From: Pseudomonas aeruginosa
GTDB lineage: Bacteria > Pseudomonadota > Gammaproteobacteria > Pseudomonadales > Pseudomonadaceae
Direction: 5' to 3'
Assembly: GCF_001457615.1 (NCBI RefSeq)
Contig: NZ_LN831024.1
Location: forward strand, 540,001 to 572,000
DNA: 32,000 nt
This document shows positions 30,604 through 32,000 of this stretch, piece by piece; positions within the stretch are counted from its first letter, which is position 1; each line of letters begins with the position of its first letter. The notes beneath the pieces were generated by a model. The model was not told where the DNA came from, made no database searches, and saw only the letters and a list, made by a program, of their open reading frames with translations. Made by a program: the position numbers and the translations under genes.

Positions 30604-31165
30604 TACCGTCGAGCGGCGCCTGCCCGGCGACCTGGCGATGTGGTTCTTCATCCTCGCCGAACTCAGCGTGTTCAGCCTGCTGCTGCTGGCGTTCGCCGGC
30701 GCCCAGGCCTGGCAGCCGGAGCTGTTCCGTGCCGGCCGGGAGCAACTGGATAGCCGCTGGGGCCTGTTGCTGACCGTGGCCCTGCTCAGCTCCGGCTGGC
30801 TCGCCGCGCTGGCGGTGCATGCGGTGCGCCGCGGACGGCCGCGCCAGGCGAGCGGCTGGTTGCTGGCGGCGCTGCTGCTGGCGCTGGTCTACGTCGGCCT
30901 GAAGCTGCACGAGTACGGGCGGCTCGCCGATCTCGGCCTGGACATCGAGCACGACACTTTCTTCACCCTCTACTGGTGCCTGACCGGCTTCCATTTCCTC
31001 CACGTCCTGCTCGGCCTGCTGATCCTCGGCTGGCTGGCGCAGGCCTGCTGGCGCCGGTGTTATACGCCGCAGGCTTGCTCGGGACTGGAGTCGGGAGTGC
31101 TCTACTGGCACATGGTCGACCTGGTCTGGGTGCTGCTGTTCCCGCTGGTCTACGTCCTGCAATGA
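30593..31165 (+). CDS. nirO: cytochrome c oxidase subunit III-like / NorE-type protein
   Basis: 190 aa: WFFILAELSVFSLLLLAFAGAQAW...FFTLYWCLTGFHFLHVLLGLL...WHMVDLVWVLLFPLVYVLQ. Overlaps the nirQ end. Confidence 0.88.
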   Translation: MSPDTVERRLPGDLAMWFFILAELSVFSLLLLAFAGAQAWQPELFRAGREQLDSRWGLLLTVALLSSGWLAALAVHAVRRGRPRQASGWLLAALLLALVYVGLKLHEYGRLADLGLDIEHDTFFTLYWCLTGFHFLHVLLGLLILGWLAQACWRRCYTPQACSGLESGVLYWHMVDLVWVLLFPLVYVLQ

Positions 31166-31172
31166 GGTGCCT

Positions 31173-31430
31173 ATGCGAACCCTGACCCTCTGCTGGCTGG
31201 CGTTGCTGGCGCTGGCCGTGGCCGGTGTGCTGCTGGGCGGCGCCGGCGACTCTCCCTGGCTGCTGGCGGCGGTGCTGGCCTGCGCGGTGGCCAAGGGCTG
31301 GCTGATCGGCGAGCGCTTCATGGAGCTGGCCCATGCCCCGGCGCTATGGCGCCGCCTGCTGCTGGCCTGGCCGCTGCTGATGGCCCTGGCGGTGGGCGCT
31401 GCGCTGTACCTGGCGCGGATGAATAACTGA
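31173..31430 (+). CDS. nirP: small membrane protein, cytochrome c oxidase subunit IV-like (NorF/NirP type)
   Basis: 85 aa from MRTLTLCWLALLALAVAGVLLGGAG...MELAHAPALWRRLLLAWPLLMALAVGAALYLA. Confidence 0.78.
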   Translation: MRTLTLCWLALLALAVAGVLLGGAGDSPWLLAAVLACAVAKGWLIGERFMELAHAPALWRRLLLAWPLLMALAVGAALYLARMNN

Positions 31431-31448
31431 GTAAATCGTTCGGGAATC

Positions 31449-31491
31449 TTGATTGCCATCAAGCGGGTTCGCCGCCGCCGCTTCCTAGAAT
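31449..31491 (+). promoter_or_regulatory. DNR/ANR (FNR-type) box and -10 for norCB
   Basis: TTGAT-TGCC-ATCAA (31449-31462) with TAGAAT at 31486-31491, 33 nt centre to centre. Confidence 0.88.
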
Positions 31492-31519
31492 CGCCGCACC
31501 ACCCATTCCAGGAGGCCGC

Positions 31520-31960
31520 ATGTCCGAGACCTTTACCAAAGGCATGGCCAGGAACATCTATTTCGGCGGGAGTGTGTTCTTCATCCTGCTGTTCCTGGCC
31601 CTGACCTACCACACCGAGAAAACCCTGCCCGAGCGCACCAACGAGGCCGCGATGAGCGCCGCGGTGGTGCGCGGCAAGCTGGTCTGGGAGCAGAACAACT
31701 GCGTCGGCTGCCACACCCTGCTCGGGGAGGGCGCCTACTTCGCGCCGGAGCTGGGCAACGTGGTCGGACGCCGTGGCGGCGAGGAGGGCTTCAACACCTT
31801 CCTCCAGGCCTGGATGAAGATCCAGCCGCTGAACGTGCCGGGCCGCCGCGCCATGCCGCAGTTCCATCTCAGCGAGGGCCAGGTCGACGACCTGGCCGAG
31901 TTCCTCAAGTGGAGCTCGAAGATCGATACCAACCAATGGCCGCCGAACAAGGAGGGTTGA
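31520..31960 (+). CDS. norC: nitric oxide reductase subunit C
   Basis: 146 aa: MSETFTKGMARNIYFGGSVFFILLFLALTYHTEKTLPERTN...NNCVGCHTLLGEGAYFAPELGNV. Confidence 0.98.
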   Translation: MSETFTKGMARNIYFGGSVFFILLFLALTYHTEKTLPERTNEAAMSAAVVRGKLVWEQNNCVGCHTLLGEGAYFAPELGNVVGRRGGEEGFNTFLQAWMKIQPLNVPGRRAMPQFHLSEGQVDDLAEFLKWSSKIDTNQWPPNKEG

Positions 31961-32000
31961 TGATGTCGCCCAATGGCTCCCTGAAATTCGCCTCGCAGGC
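31960..32000 (+). CDS. norB: nitric oxide reductase subunit B, N-terminal start only (truncated by window end)
   Basis: ATGATGTCGCCCAATGGCTCCCTGAAATTCGCCTCGCAG directly overlaps the norC stop (MMSPNGSLKFASQ). Confidence 0.85.
   Translation, partial: MMSPNGSLKFASQ

Overview
The window matches a Pseudomonas aeruginosa-type chromosomal segment; I recognise the gene order from PAO1 around PA0490-PA0524, from memory and without a database search. From left to right it contains: (1) a small membrane protein and a LysR regulator; (2) a five-gene pxpA / biotin-carrier / biotin-carboxylase / pxpB / pxpC cluster; (3) a three-gene, usher-less fimbrial mini-cluster on the minus strand, made of two tandem paralogous pilus-tip-like proteins plus a periplasmic chaperone, with one paralog split by an apparent 1-nt frameshift; (4) an AT-rich intergenic region with strong dyad symmetries; (5) the biotin operon bioBFHCD; (6) a small flagellar-rod-like ORF; (7) three paralogous acyl-CoA dehydrogenases, the first with a sigma70-like promoter abutting a perfect PsrA-like operator; (8) a REP-like repeat cluster; (9) the denitrification cluster nirSMCFDLGHJEN (minus strand), then nirQ-nirO-nirP and norC plus the start of norB, with two FNR/ANR/DNR boxes. 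I saw no clear phage, transposon, CRISPR, tRNA or rRNA. The least explained parts are the usher-less fimbrial mini-cluster with its AT-rich flank, and the split urea-carboxylase-like arrangement in the pxp cluster.
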